Below, piece after piece: positions 38,501-52,200 of a stretch of DNA of 64,000 bases. The notes beneath the pieces are model-generated. The model had not been told where the DNA came from. It did not search any database and worked only from the letters and a program-made list of their open reading frames with translations. Source of the DNA: Geosiphon pyriformis uo1 (Eukaryota; Fungi; Glomeromycota); the NCBI GenBank assembly GCA_016748015.1, contig JAAOMT010000760.1, positions 124,001 to 188,000 of the forward strand. The letters run 5' to 3'. Position 1 is the stretch's first letter, and every line of letters starts with the position of its first letter. Both the position numbers and the translations under genes were made by a program.

Positions 38501-41500
38501 AAGACTAAAAAGTTGTCACCTTGGAGAACATCAAACTTGCTATATGCTAAAAAGATCTTATCTGAGAGCAGCTTAAAAAGCACTTTGCAAGCAGTCTTGA
38601 TCAGAGCAATAGGTCTTGTGTTGGTCAAAGTACCTTCCCATTCATACAGTTTGGGTATCATGGAAACTCAGGCTCTCTTTCATAGCATAGAAACTATTGT
38701 TAGAGTCAGACATGTTACAAATATCCAATAAACCACTCAAAACTCTCTTGTCACAATGTTTCCACAGTTAATTGGTAATACCAGAAAATCCAGCTGCTTT
38801 GCCATCTGGCAGGTTACTAACCACCACCCACAATTCATCCAAATTGAAATTGCTCATAACATTTGCAAAGACACTAGAGTCAACATGAACCAAGAGAGCA
38901 TATTGAGCTGACCAGCAATCTGGCAGAACTTTGGGCACCATATGTTTTTTTGTCCATCCTTCCATAATTGTATCAATGTTTGACTTGACATTACAAGGAT
39001 CCAGAATTAAATTATCATCTACTATCAGATGGTTGAGCACTACCTTTCGAACTGGCTGGTCTAACACATTTTGAATCATGCGCCTTTTATCAGAGCTAAA
39101 GTTCTCTATATGCTTGTTGATTGCTTTCCTGATGGAGTTGTCTCTTGCCATTCTGAATTCATAATACTTAGATTTGCAGTATTTTTTCCTCACACCTGCC
39201 AGATGCCAAAGAGCCATTTCGGTCCCAACATTGTTATTAATTAGGGCTTCAAACTCGGAAGCTTCTGTTTCATCAAGACCATACCAAGTGTGTAAAAAAC
39301 AAACAAAGTCAACAGTGCAATCCAAACTCAGACTCTTCACAATCTTTGCCACCAGAAGCTCTAACCTAAAAAACTTGGAAAAATATTTGTTCCTTATACA
39401 CTCAAAGTCACTGAACCAACATTTGGAGAAAATCTTATCAGCTGACATCACTACTGCTTCTCTTAGAATGTCCCACATTGTATCCAAATTCCCAAGGTCT
39501 TTTGTCATGTTGAATTTAGGCAAACTTATAGCAAATCTATCAGACAAGCATTTTCTAAAATGTAGCTATTTACCAGCATCAGCATCTTTGATCTTGAATT
39601 TCCACTTGTTCCTATTGGCTTGCTTACATAAACTATTTAGATTGGAATCCACAAGACCTCTCAACCCAATCAAAACTGAAACTGCTTGATGATTAGTGTT
39701 GAAAAATTCCACAATAGAGCCAACCTTGTGACCAGTAACAGTGAAAGACAAATTGCAACTAACAAAGATAAAATCAATAGTTCTCTCAATCTCTCACGAG
39801 TTGGACTATGTAGAAGCTTCAACTAGTACACAGCCAACAAATAAATTTATTAAACCCAAATCAGAACAAAACTTGACATTCGCACTCTTCCTTTTTCCAT
39901 TTTTATTGAAATTCCCATCCAAAACCACAAATGTGCTAGAATTAACTGCTTTGGCAATGAGAAAATTAATGGTAGAAGCTTGATTAAATCTTGATTCAAT
40001 AAAAGCACTGGCATACAACCCCATAATAGATATTGAAATCTTGCCCTTAAAAAGAAGTCTAATTGAAATAACCTGCCCAGGAATCTCTTCTACCTTAGAA
40101 ACGTGCCAAACCAGATATTCATTCATGATAACTGCCACACCAACTCCTAAAAAACTCTCCTTCAGCCCAGAAGTGAATATCCGCACACCATTAAATTTCT
40201 TTATAATTCATGGTCTTATGCTAGACCTTAATTTAATTTCAGTGATAAAGGAAACCATGTTACCCGAACTCATGTGCTACCATATGACATCATTCTACTT
40301 AGCTGGAACATTAAGGTCTCTAATATTGCATGTACCAAATTTCCAAATCAAGTTACTCATTAAGAAGTGAAGATACCCAAAAGCCTGAGTTAGCACACAA
40401 TTGATCTAACTTCACCAAAACTGAACCAATAGAGACCTCAAGAGCCACCAACTTAGACTCTAACAGCCCACCTTAGTTATCAAAATCTTTGAACTACTGG
40501 GTTCCAAAGCTGAAACAACAGGGGAATGTACAGACACCACTACAGAACTTTCCAGGACCATATCTGAATTTAAATCCAATTTGACATTTATCAATGTAAC
40601 TGGACTGTTAGAAGAAGATGGGGAAACTAAAGGCACCAAATCTATGCTGTCAAGTTTGTGCAAAATGCCAGACACTTGATCACCTAAGAGCTCCAAGGAG
40701 CATTCCAAAGATGACAAACAAGCATTTAAAGACAAATTATTAGTCAAAGCGAAAGGAGAACCACCACCCATATCTGAGGCACCAGAAGAAAAGGAACCAG
40801 AACCAAAACCAGACTCGAATAAAAGACCACCAGAAGAAGAGGCAGAAGAAACTATTTGAGCCCAAGATTTGCTGCCAAATGCAGCAGGGCAAAAAATAGG
40901 AACATTTTTTTTGGCATACAACCTAGCCAACTGAACATAAACCTCTTCAGAAGCAGTTTTTTTATAGGTTTTTTTAGATAGAACAGACACCAGAGTGTCA
41001 AAAGCATCACACTTCAAAGCTGAATGTTCAAACTTTCCATATTTCTCACACTAAACTAAGTCCAACCTAGCCCAAGAAAGTCTTATACCACCAAAAATCG
41101 GCTCTGTGTGAAACACACATTCAAGCTCATTTTCAGACTCAAAATTAACAATGGTGCAATGGGTCCAATTGCCAGTTTTCAGAGAATAATTGATTACACA
41201 AGTTTTCTTACCAGCTCTTTCTAAAAGAGCACCAAAATCATGAGCTGTTGTTCCTACTGGCAAAGTGCCTTAAAGCAATTTCTAGACATCCAAGTATTAC
41301 AATCTCCTACAGCCATAGCCACATGTACTGAATCCTTCTCAATGAGGAATGACCATCTTGATGCCAGTTGTTTAGCCTGTTCCAATTTGGCAAATTCCAC
41401 CACAGCCTTCTACCACATACCAATCAGTTGAATCTTGATTGACTTAATATTACCAAACTCAGATACTACAGCGACAATCATTTCCTTTGGCGTATTCATG

Positions 41501-42338
41501 GAAATTTTTTTGATTACTACAGTCCAATCTGAATGAATTTCTTGTTTTTTGAGATTGCTATTTACGATAATTACCTTCTCTCTGGCCAATGATGTAGTCT
41601 TAATTAAGCTTTCTTCAGAAGTAAACGTTGATTGGATGATCTCTTCAAATTTTGAAGAGGTGGTGACCCCCTCAAAACCATTGACTGTTGAAAAAATTTT
41701 CCTAATTAATTGAGTCTTTGCCGTTGCTGATTTACCTTCCACAGCTGAGAGATTAATATCCAAAGCAAATGACTTTCTAATTGACACTTCCACAGAAGTC
41801 TTGACAATTTTAAGATCAATCCACTTTTTTTTTAAAGAGATAGGCAATTGAGAAGAGAGCACAACTTCATTATCATCCATATGAAAATTAGGAGAGCTGA
41901 GTGAAGAACCAAAACCAGCACCAGTGTTGACTCATTTTGTCTTGGGTGTAATAGCAGCTGAACCCAAAAGAGACCCACCATTTGTTTCAGACATGCTAAC
42001 ATCTTCATCCTCATTAGATAGACTCTCCACATCAGAATAAACACTGCCATTAGATCCAAATTTGCTCAAGAATAAATTTTTTTCATTACCAGAATGTTTT
42101 ACATTACCAAGAACAACTTTTTTCTTCTGAGAAAAGAAGCCACCAGCAAGACCACAAAAGGCGCTTAGGAGCCTTCTTCTTAGGTGCAGTGCTACTAGCA
42201 GTAGCCTCCATATTCACAAAAAATGGGTTACTATTAGGTAAAGAAATATTGATATAGACTAAAAAAAACAAAAAAACTTCTTTTTCAGAAAATGCACTTT
42301 TTTGGGGATTTGTGGAGGTAAGAGAGAAAGAAGTTTTT
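35570..42338 (-). mobile_element. Full-length LINE copy 1 (ORF1 ~42211-40357; ORF2 40360-35692), many stops
   Basis: APE (VVLDGNFN), RT (RPIALI, LQDMQKAYNSV, GLNQGEVFSPLL, AFVDDT, YLGIFL), RNase H (VYTDSSV), C-terminal Zn-finger remnant, conserved 3' UTR. Confidence 0.93.
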
Positions 42339-42349
42339 TATAGTAAAAT

Positions 42350-45300
42350 TTTTTTATTATTACATTTAACGAGTAAGGTTCAAATGCGATCTAGGACTAT
42401 ACATCATATAAATGATCTAAACTAGAAGTGAATCATGTTTTTTCTACACGTGACCAGCCACTCAGGCCAATCAGAACAATACTATGCATCTATCTTAACA
42501 GAGACAAAATTCCCTATACCTAAGAAAAACAAACAAGGTTTACGAAAACTGAAACCAACACCAAAAGCCTTAACAACACCCAACAACCTGATCATACCAG
42601 CCAAAAGCACCATAGGTAAACCAGAAACCAGAGCAGGAATGGAACCATCATGAGGAATAAGTCTATTCCTCTCCATAAAAGCTTGGTGTTTGGCATGGAC
42701 CAGCCAAAATTTATCATAAAATGTGAAACAAAACTCATGCACAAAACACACAATATTTGAAGCTGCAACCTTAGCATCCTTAAAGACCAAAAAGAATTCA
42801 TAGTATCAATCATTGAAAACAAAACCCTTACACAGAGTAGTACTAATTGTAGCATTGGAAAAACAAGAGGCCAACAACTGCAAGACACATGAAGTAGATC
42901 AAGAGAAACCAGACTGCATTTTCCAAAAAAACACATGAGCATTCAACAACTGAGCATGACCAGCAGCATCAAAAGGACAAATGAAAACATGGTCTGAGAA
43001 TTCTACATCACCACAGAACAAACACACCACACTCAGGTAGCACTTATCATACAAATGCTTATGCACAGTAACAGAAAGCTAATGATGGAGAGATTTCATA
43101 AAGTATGTCTGAAGGCCAACAGTACATGCACTAGTAAAACCAGCAGCCAAGTGAGAATTAGGGTGCCAAACCAAAGTAGACTTAGACCAGTTAACACCAT
43201 TGTGCAAACCAGCTGCCAAGATCTGAGAACCAGAACCAACCTTTCAACGTGCACAAAGAATAGACTGAAACATATTACAAACAAAGTGCCTAGAATTTCC
43301 AGAAACCACATTGCTTTCAGCCTTCAAAAAACGTTTACTGACCAAATGTGGCAAATGCCAAGTAGAGAGCGCCACATCTTTAGCAAGCTCATCCACATGC
43401 TCATTGTCTGAAATGCCCAAATGACTCTTAACTTTAATCCAATTCACAGTTAAGTTCTTATGACAAATTACATTAGCAATATGATAACACTCTATTCAAC
43501 AATAATTCCTGAAGTCTGGACGAGCCAATAATGATTCTAACTTGCACACATCCAAAGCAACTTGGCTATCTAAGAACAAATCAACTGCACAAGAAGAAGG
43601 AACACACTCAAGAGCCAAAGCAATGGCCTGCAATTCAGACATAGTAGAAGAAACCAAACCAGATACCCCCACACCTAAACCAGAATTAATGTCTTCAAAA
43701 AAGACCACAGCCCCAGCTTTCATGACAACAATTCCCAAACCACTCAGAGACCCATCCGTGTACACAGAAAAGTGGGCAGTGTTAGTAGCCAACAGATTGT
43801 CACAGATAACACTAAAATCATAAGATTGATGAACATCAGACAAAATGGAATTTTTCACAAGAGAGGAGCATGCAAAAAAAGAAGCAACACCACCAAGAAA
43901 ACACACAGAAAGATCAAACCAGAAAGGAATCAGGCCATGGGGATCCAACCTCTTCCAATGCTTGAATGTCTGCCAACTAAAAACAACACCATTTCAATTA
44001 CGTAATTGTTCCACAAAAGCGATACCATATCACTTGAGTGAAGAAACACATTTTAGAAAATTGATTTTACCAAGAACAAGAGACATAGGAATACCACTTT
44101 AATGATGGAAAACACAGACCAGAGACCCACCCAGAGACAGATCACATCTGGAGAAAATACAAACCACATCTGCTAAGAAATTATTTGAAGAACTGATACT
44201 AACACGAGCCAGAAACAGCAAGAGGTGATGAGGATGCCAGCTGAGAACCTGGAGATCGTGAGATCTGTAAGAAAATAAGTGGCCCAAAATACCAACTGAA
44301 TTTGCAAAAGCAATGATGGAGACCAATTTGCTTTCTGCCTGAATTTGTTCAAAAGTCTTCAAACCATACAAAGAAGGATGATGAAGTGCATCATTGGAAA
44401 AATCAAGCAGCAGCTCAGACTTAGACTTCAAGCTTTTGTGAATCAGAGCATCCCATTTATTACATACACTAATAGGAACAAAACTGAACTGAGTCCTGTA
44501 GCTGACAATAAGAAACAGAACAGCAAAAACCAAATAACTGAATTGTTTATCCGAGATGGTCTTTTTCAGAACAAGATTGACAAAAAATTGGATGTCCGAG
44601 TGAGTCTTGGCCAAGCTGGACACCGAAAGACTATTAAAAGACAAAAGAATACCAAGATAATAATAAGGTTTACCCTTTTTGGCTATAGAAATAGATAAGC
44701 CACTGACAGTTAGGTAAGAGGTCTCAACCCGGCAGTTGATGGGAATAGCCACAGTTTTGTTATTGTTAATCGAAATGTCATTAATCCTGAAGAACTCACT
44801 AGCAATGTCCAAAATGTGTTGTGTAGTAGCCTGGCTGCTACCAACCCAGATGGTATCATCAACAAAAACACCAGCAGCAAAAAACAATGTCAACTCAGCC
44901 TAAGATTCCACACAGCCAGTATTGGAAATGAAATGTGAATTCAATCTGTAATCACACATCTCTCCTTGCCTCTTGACCTCACACATAAGCAAATCATAAA
45001 ATATGCACCAGAAAAGTGGTGAGAAAACTTCACCCTAATCCAAACCATCATAAACCACATACCTACTAGTTAAGCCAAAATCTGTTATTATTCTGTTCCT
45101 GCAATTATTGTGGATGCTACCAAAAAATTTAATGAATCTGGTACACATTTTAATCCTGATCAAACTTCTCTTGAGATGTTCCCAACCAACTGAATCATAT
45201 GCTTTGTGTATGTTCTATAAAACCAGCTACAGCTCTCTGTTTTTTTCTAAAGCATTCTTGACCACAGAACCAATGGCAAAAATGGGCGACTGCATTGTCG

Positions 45301-48300
45301 TACCCTTTAAAACAGAAAAATTGTCCTCTTGTAAAATGTTAAACTCACTGTAAGCTGAAGATATTCTGTCCAATAAGATTTTGGAAAGAATCTTGCAGGC
45401 TGTTTTAATCAAAGTGATAGGACAGGTGTTCATGAGAACACCCTTCTATTCATAGAGTTTAGGAATCATCGAAACCCAGGCTTCTCTCCAAGGTCCAAAC
45501 ACCGACTCACAAACCAGGCAGAGATTCAAAAGCACCAAAAGCATATCCAGAACCACTCTGTTGCAATGCTTCTATAATTCATTAGAGATGCCAGAAAGAC
45601 CAGCTGCTTTTTTATCAGGCAAGCTTGAAATGACACTGAACATCTTATCAAAACTAATTGATTTCATGACACCAGAGAAAACACCATCAAAAATGTAATC
45701 CAAAAGCCAAAATTGGCATTTCCAATTATCAGAAAAGTCCGAACCCACCAATCATCTCCTAGTCCATCCCTCTATAATTCCGTTCACTTTAGATTTAACC
45801 AGCTCAAGTTCCAAAACCAACTCACCATTTACTACCAAATGATCCAATACTACCTTGTGAAATGAATGCTCCAAAACACTTCTGATAGTACAACTCTTAT
45901 CCAACTCAAAACTCTCTATTCTATTCTCAATGGCCTGTCTTATATGAGATTCCTCAGCACACTTAGATTCCAGCATCTTAGAAGAGTGGTAAGACTTCCT
46001 TACCTTAGCCAGTTCAGAGCAAATACCATCAAAACCAGATCCTGAAAGGAAAAAAGACTTCACTAATGAAGTACCAACAGAGTCAAGTCTGTTCTACATA
46101 TCCAACAACAGAGCAAAATTACCCCCAAAAATCAAACAGGAGGCCTTTACCAGCTTAAAAACCAGCAACTCCAGCTTATGAAACCTAGAAGACACCTTAT
46201 TGAAAACATTGTTAAAATCTTTGAACCACTTTTTCATGAAAGTTCCACCTGCTGAAAGAATCATAATTTTGCGAATAATATTCCACATCACATCCAAATC
46301 TGAAAATTTCTCAGCCACAACAAATGCATCTGAGAACATAAAGGCATTGGCAGCCATATCATCCCTGAACTCAGCCCACTTCAACTCATTTGCATCCTTG
46401 ACATCAAACTTCCAGTAATCTTTGTTGGCCTGCTTATGTATCAAAGAAAGTCTTGTGTTCAACAAACCACCCAGACCCACAGAAATAGAAACAGCCTTAT
46501 GATCAGTGTCAAAAAAATTATCAACATTTAACACGCCACAATCCATGATTGCATTAATCAAGTTAGAAGAAATAAACACATAATTAATTGTCTTAGCAAC
46601 ACCATGAGAATTGTACCAAGTTGGTAACTTAGCAAGAGAGCTCCCACCCAAAGAGTTGACCAAACCCAAATCAAAGCACTTCTTGAAACTGGTGCACTTG
46701 TAAGATCCGTCTTCATTAAAGTTACCACCAAGAATAACAAAGGAAGATTCATTTACAGCTCTAGCAATGAGAGAATTAATTTCATTAGCCTAAAAAAAAC
46801 AAACTGTCAAAGAGGCACCAGCATACAGCCCCAAAATGGAAACAGAGAGTCTGTTCCTGAAAAGCAATTTTACTAACAGAAGCTAACCAGGCACCTCTAG
46901 AATCTTGCACACATGTTTCGCCAGAGATGAGTCCATAATAATTGCAACACTAGATCCCATGTGACCAAAATCCAGATCTGAAGTAAAAACACGAACACCA
47001 GCAAACCTATCCACAATCCAGGAGCAGATCTTTCCCTTCAATTTTGTTTCAGTAACAACAGAAATCAGATTGTTCATATTATTATGCCAACATACAATGT
47101 CTGCCTGTTTCACACAATTGTTCATTCTTCTAATATTGCATGTAGCAATCTTTCAAGTAAACTCACTCATTGAGAAGGAGATTGTGGAAGTATATCAGCA
47201 GCCAGAGCCAAACTGTCAAAACGAGCAGACAAATTCAGCACTGAAGCAGCAAGACCTTCTAACATATTTTTCAACTTGACAACATGGAGGGACATAGAAG
47301 AGTCCTTCGCAGTATAAGTAGCAGTAGCAGTAGCAGTAGTAGTCTCATTACAAGCAGACTCACCCGAACCCACTCCCATCACTATATCCTCCCCTTAATT
47401 CTGTGATAAGAGGGTCACTGGCAGCTGACATCTAGGGCTAGGCTGGGAAACTGCTGGCATAAGTAACTCCAATCTCTTAGCCAACTCACCAATTTGTCCC
47501 ATAAGGCTGACAAGACTGCTTTTAATGCTGACCAACTGTTTTTCCAAATTATTCACAACAAGAAAAAGAGGTTTACCATTATCAATGGAACCAGAAGAAA
47601 GAACCTGTCAATGAGAAGAAACATCAAGAGGAGTACCAACTACTGACACCCAAGTTCTTCCACCAAACGAAGCCAAGTGAGAGACAGGAGCTGATTTCCT
47701 CTTATAAATTACAGCCAAACAAACACAATTCTGATCAGAAACCACTCATCTCCTATGAACTCCAGAACTCCCATCCACAGAGCAATTGGCAGTGATATGA
47801 CCAAATTGTATATACTGTGTACAATATGCCAAGCAAAAACCAGCCCAGCACAAATTCACACTCTTGAAAACTGGAATCAAACCAACAGCAGCCAACTTGG
47901 ATGCCTCATTCTCAAAACAGATTACAGCACATTGATTATAAACATATGAGAAAGGATTATGGCCAATAAAACAAGTCTTCCCACCATATGATTCAAGTAA
48001 ACCAGAGAGATCATAAGCTGTAGTGTCAACAGGTAAAGTATACAACAATGCCCAATATTAATCCCTCAATACCCATGTTTGTTTATCCTCCACAGCCAAA
48101 GCCACATGCACAGAATCTTTTCCCACCAGAACAGACTACTTGGAAGCAACCTGGTTGGCAATTTCAGCTGACTCAAACTTTACTAGGGCCTTTTGCCAAA
48201 AACCAATTAACTACATCCTAACTGATTTGATTGCACCAAACTTGGAAAACACTGCCACAATTGCCGATTTGAAAAAATCTACTGAAATCTCCTTGATGAT

Positions 48301-49234
48301 CACTTCTTGATCTGATTGGTTGTTTATCTTTCTAAAATTATCATTCACCACAATATTTTCACAAATCACCAAATTTCTAGCCTTTTTTAGACTTGATTCA
48401 GATGTAAAAAAAGATCTGATGATCCCAAGAAATTTTGAGGGAGTAGAAGCTCCCCCAAAACCATCAATTTGATAGAAGATTTTTTTTATTGAAATTAACT
48501 TGTCACTAATTAATTTGCCAGGCACCACAGAAAGCTCAATATCAAGTGTGAAAAACTTTGTTGAATCAAAACTTTGCGTTTCCAGAGCACATGACATGAG
48601 TGGCAGCAATTGATTGAAACCACTAAGCATGTGAAAAGGGAGCTCCAGTGCACTATTATTGTCACTCACATTGTTGAAAAGGAGTTGCTTCATTGGGTTG
48701 CCTAAAGCATACGTTCTGGTGTATGTTTTTCTTGGCATAGCTTCATTCATGTCATCGTCCTCACCAGATTCTGCGTAGCTTGTTTCTTCAGTAACCAAGT
48801 TTGTCATATTTTCTATATTCAAAAGACTGCTCACACTGCTCGCTATATTACCGACATCACTACCCCAGAACACTGCAGGTTTGGCATCAGCTTTACCCAA
48901 ATCTTCCAAGCTGAGAGGACCAGCAAATGTATTGATCACACCGCTAATAGCAGCAGGCTTCTTAGGTTTTTTGTAAGATGCACCATATGAGTGAGCACTC
49001 GCCAAACGTTTAGATTTAACACTAGAATGAGTTCCCAAACCTGCCAAAACAGAACCTGAACCACCAGCAGAAAAGCCTGTCAGTTCTATATTAACAAAAA
49101 GAGGTGTACTGAGAGAAATAACTTTAAGACAAAAGGGGAAAAAGGAAAAAAGAAAAAGCTATTTTATCAATTTACTTCTTGCTCTTGCTATGATCAGAGG
49201 ATTAACAACAGAAAAAGTTTTTTTTTTTTTTTTT
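42350..49234 (-). mobile_element. Full-length LINE copy 2 (ORF1 ~49089-47167; ORF2 47170-42482), many stops
   Basis: TETKLK, FDTDH, VFVDDTIW, YLGILL, VYTDGSL, ELQAIALAL, WIKVKSHLGISDNEHVDELAK, CLFCGDVEFSDHVFIC; conserved 3' UTR and A tail. Confidence 0.93.
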
Positions 49235-49245
49235 TATAGTAAAAT

Positions 49246-52200
49246 TTTTTTTTTTTTAATTTAACGAATGAGATCTACACACAACCTAGCACTATACATC
49301 AAAGAAATGATCTAAACTAGGTGTGAATCATGCATTTTCTACATGTAACCAGCCACTCAGGCTAGTCAGAACAATACTACACAGCTATATAGATAGAAAC
49401 TGAATTACCAATGCTGAAGAAAAACATGCAAAACTTGCAAAAACCAAAATGCATACCAAAAGCTTCATCGATACCAAGCAAATCAATTACACCAGCAAAA
49501 AAACGCAAAGTCAAACCAGAGACCAAAGTAGGAGACAAGCCATCTAAAGGAATCAGTTCATGCTTTTCCATATAGGCACAATGTTTGGCATGAACCAACC
49601 ATATCTCATCTCTAAAAGCGAGGCCAAAAGAACGTGCAAAATTAACGATTTTCAAACATGCCACCTTGGGACAATGGAAGACGGAGACAGCTTCACAAAA
49701 CCAATTATCAAAAACAAAACTCTTATGAAGAGCCATGGACACTGAGGAACCTAAAACACAAGATGACAACAACTACAACAAACATAAAGAAGAGACAGAA
49801 GAACCAGAAAGCGTTTTCCAAGTGTCCATGTGAGAATCTAACAACCGATGCCAAGCAGAATCATTGACTTTACAAGAAAAAACATGATCCGACACCTCCA
49901 CATCACCACAATATAGACACAACACACTGGGATAAAGTCTATTATAAAGCCGTTTTTGAACAGCCACAGGCAACCGATGATGCAAAGCTTTCATAAAATA
50001 AGAGTGTGCATTAGCCGAAATCCTGCTAGTGAAACTGGTGGTCATATGCAAATTAGGATGCCACACCAAAGAAGAGTGAGACCAATCAACATCAGCCTGC
50101 AAGTTGTCAGGCAAAAACTTAGAACCAGACCCCACTTCCCAACATGCACAACACATGGCATGAAAAGTGTCATGGACAAAGTGCCTTGAATTGCCAGAGA
50201 CAATGTTGCCATCAGCCATCAAAAAGTGTTCGTCCAGGCAAAAAGGAAGAAACCAGTCAAAAACAGAATCAGTACTGGCAATCACATCAATATGCTTGTT
50301 TCCCAAAACCCCAGAATGACTTTTGACTTTGTGCCAAGCAACATTTAGAATCTTACTGGAAATGACATTGGCAATGTGTTGATGCTCAATCTAACATCAA
50401 TTCCAGAAATCAGGAGCCATCATACCCAATTCTGATTTGTAAGCATCCAAAGCAGACTGACTATCCAAAAACAAATAGACATTACTAAAAACAGGAACAC
50501 ACTCGAGAGCCAATGCAATTGCCTGTAACTCAGCCATGGTAGATGACATCAAGCCAGACACACCAACACCCAAACCCATACCAATGTTCTTGAAAAAAGC
50601 CACAGCACCTGCTTTACAGCCAACTGTACCCAAATTTCTCAATGACCTATTAGTATAGACAGACAACACTCTTGCATTGACCCGCGAAAGATGATCACAG
50701 ATAGACACAAAACCAGAAAAACCCAGAATGTCCAAAAGACCCATATTAGCAAGAACTGGGATGCAAGCAGGAGAGAAGTTCTTACCAGCAAGAAACACAG
50801 CAGAAAGCCTGAACCACTTAGGAATAAGGCCACGGGAGTCCAGTTTCTTTTATTACTTAAATGTGGACCAATCAAAGACTGTACCATAACGATCACAAAT
50901 TTGGTTTACAAAGGCCACACCATACCACTAAAGTGAGGAGAGACATTTGGAGAAAACTGATTTACCCAAAACAGTTGACATGGACATCCCACTATTGACA
51001 CAAAAGGAATTGGCAAAGGATCCACCCAGAGACAATTTGCAATTATAAAGCACATGAATCATACCTACCAAAAAATTATTAGAGGCACTAACACAAATGC
51101 GAACAGGAGAACTCAACAGATGAATAGGGCGCCAACACAAAACCTACAGATCATGAGACTTATGAAAGAACAAACATCCCACAATCCTACCAGAGTTGGC
51201 AAAATTAATAAGAGAAGCAATCTTGTTTTCAGATTGAATCTGCAGAAAAGATTTCAAACCATAAAAGGAGGAGTGGTGAATTGAATTACTAGAAAAGTTG
51301 AGTGGAAGTCCAGATTTGAGCTTCAGGCCCTTACGAATCATAGCATCCTACTTGTTGCAAATGCCAATAAGAACAAAGCTAAATTGTGTCCTGTAGCTAA
51401 TAATAGGCTGGAAAACCACTGAAACCAAATATAAGAACTGCTTATCTGAGATAGCCTTTTTTAGAACCAAATTTGTAAAGAAACAAATGTCCGAATGCAC
51501 TTTAACTAAATTAGGTCTGGAAAGACCCTCAGTTGACAGAAATATGCCCAGATACTAATAGGATTCACCTTTTTTGGCAACAGAGATAGGTGAACCACTA
51601 ATAAAAAGAGCGGAATTTCCAACTCTACAATTGATGGGAATAGCTACAGTCTTGTTATTGTTTATTGAAATGTTATTAATCCGGAAAAACTCACTAGCAA
51701 CATCCAAAATGTGTTGAGTAGTGTTCTGACTACTGCCAACCCAAATTGTATTATCAATAAAGGCGCCAGCAGCAAAACAGGAAGAAAGCCCAGCCTGCGA
51801 CTCGACATGACCACTCTTGGAAACGAAATGAGAAATTAGCCTGTACTCACACATACTCTCCTAACACTTGACTTCACACAAAAGGGGATCATAAAAAATG
51901 CACCACAGAAGAGGGAAAAAGACCTTTCCTTGATCTAAACCATCATGAATCCGATAACCATCTGTCAAACCAAAATCTGTCATGACTCGATTAGTGCAAT
52001 CTTTGTGAATGCTGCCAAAAAACCGAATGAACCTGTTGCACATTTTAATTCTGACCAGACACTTTTCCAAATGCTCCCAGCCAACCGAATCATATGCTTT
52101 CCTTATATCCTACAAGACCAGCCAAAGTTCTTAGTTCTTTTTCAGAGCATCCTCAACAACTGAACCAACTGCAAAAATAGGGAACTGTGTCGTCATATCT

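Noticed and set aside
42365-42480. Hammerhead ribozyme in the 3' tail (CTGA...GAAA)
   Set aside because: The CUGANGA core is absent and GAAA sits in a hairpin loop, not at a three-way junction.
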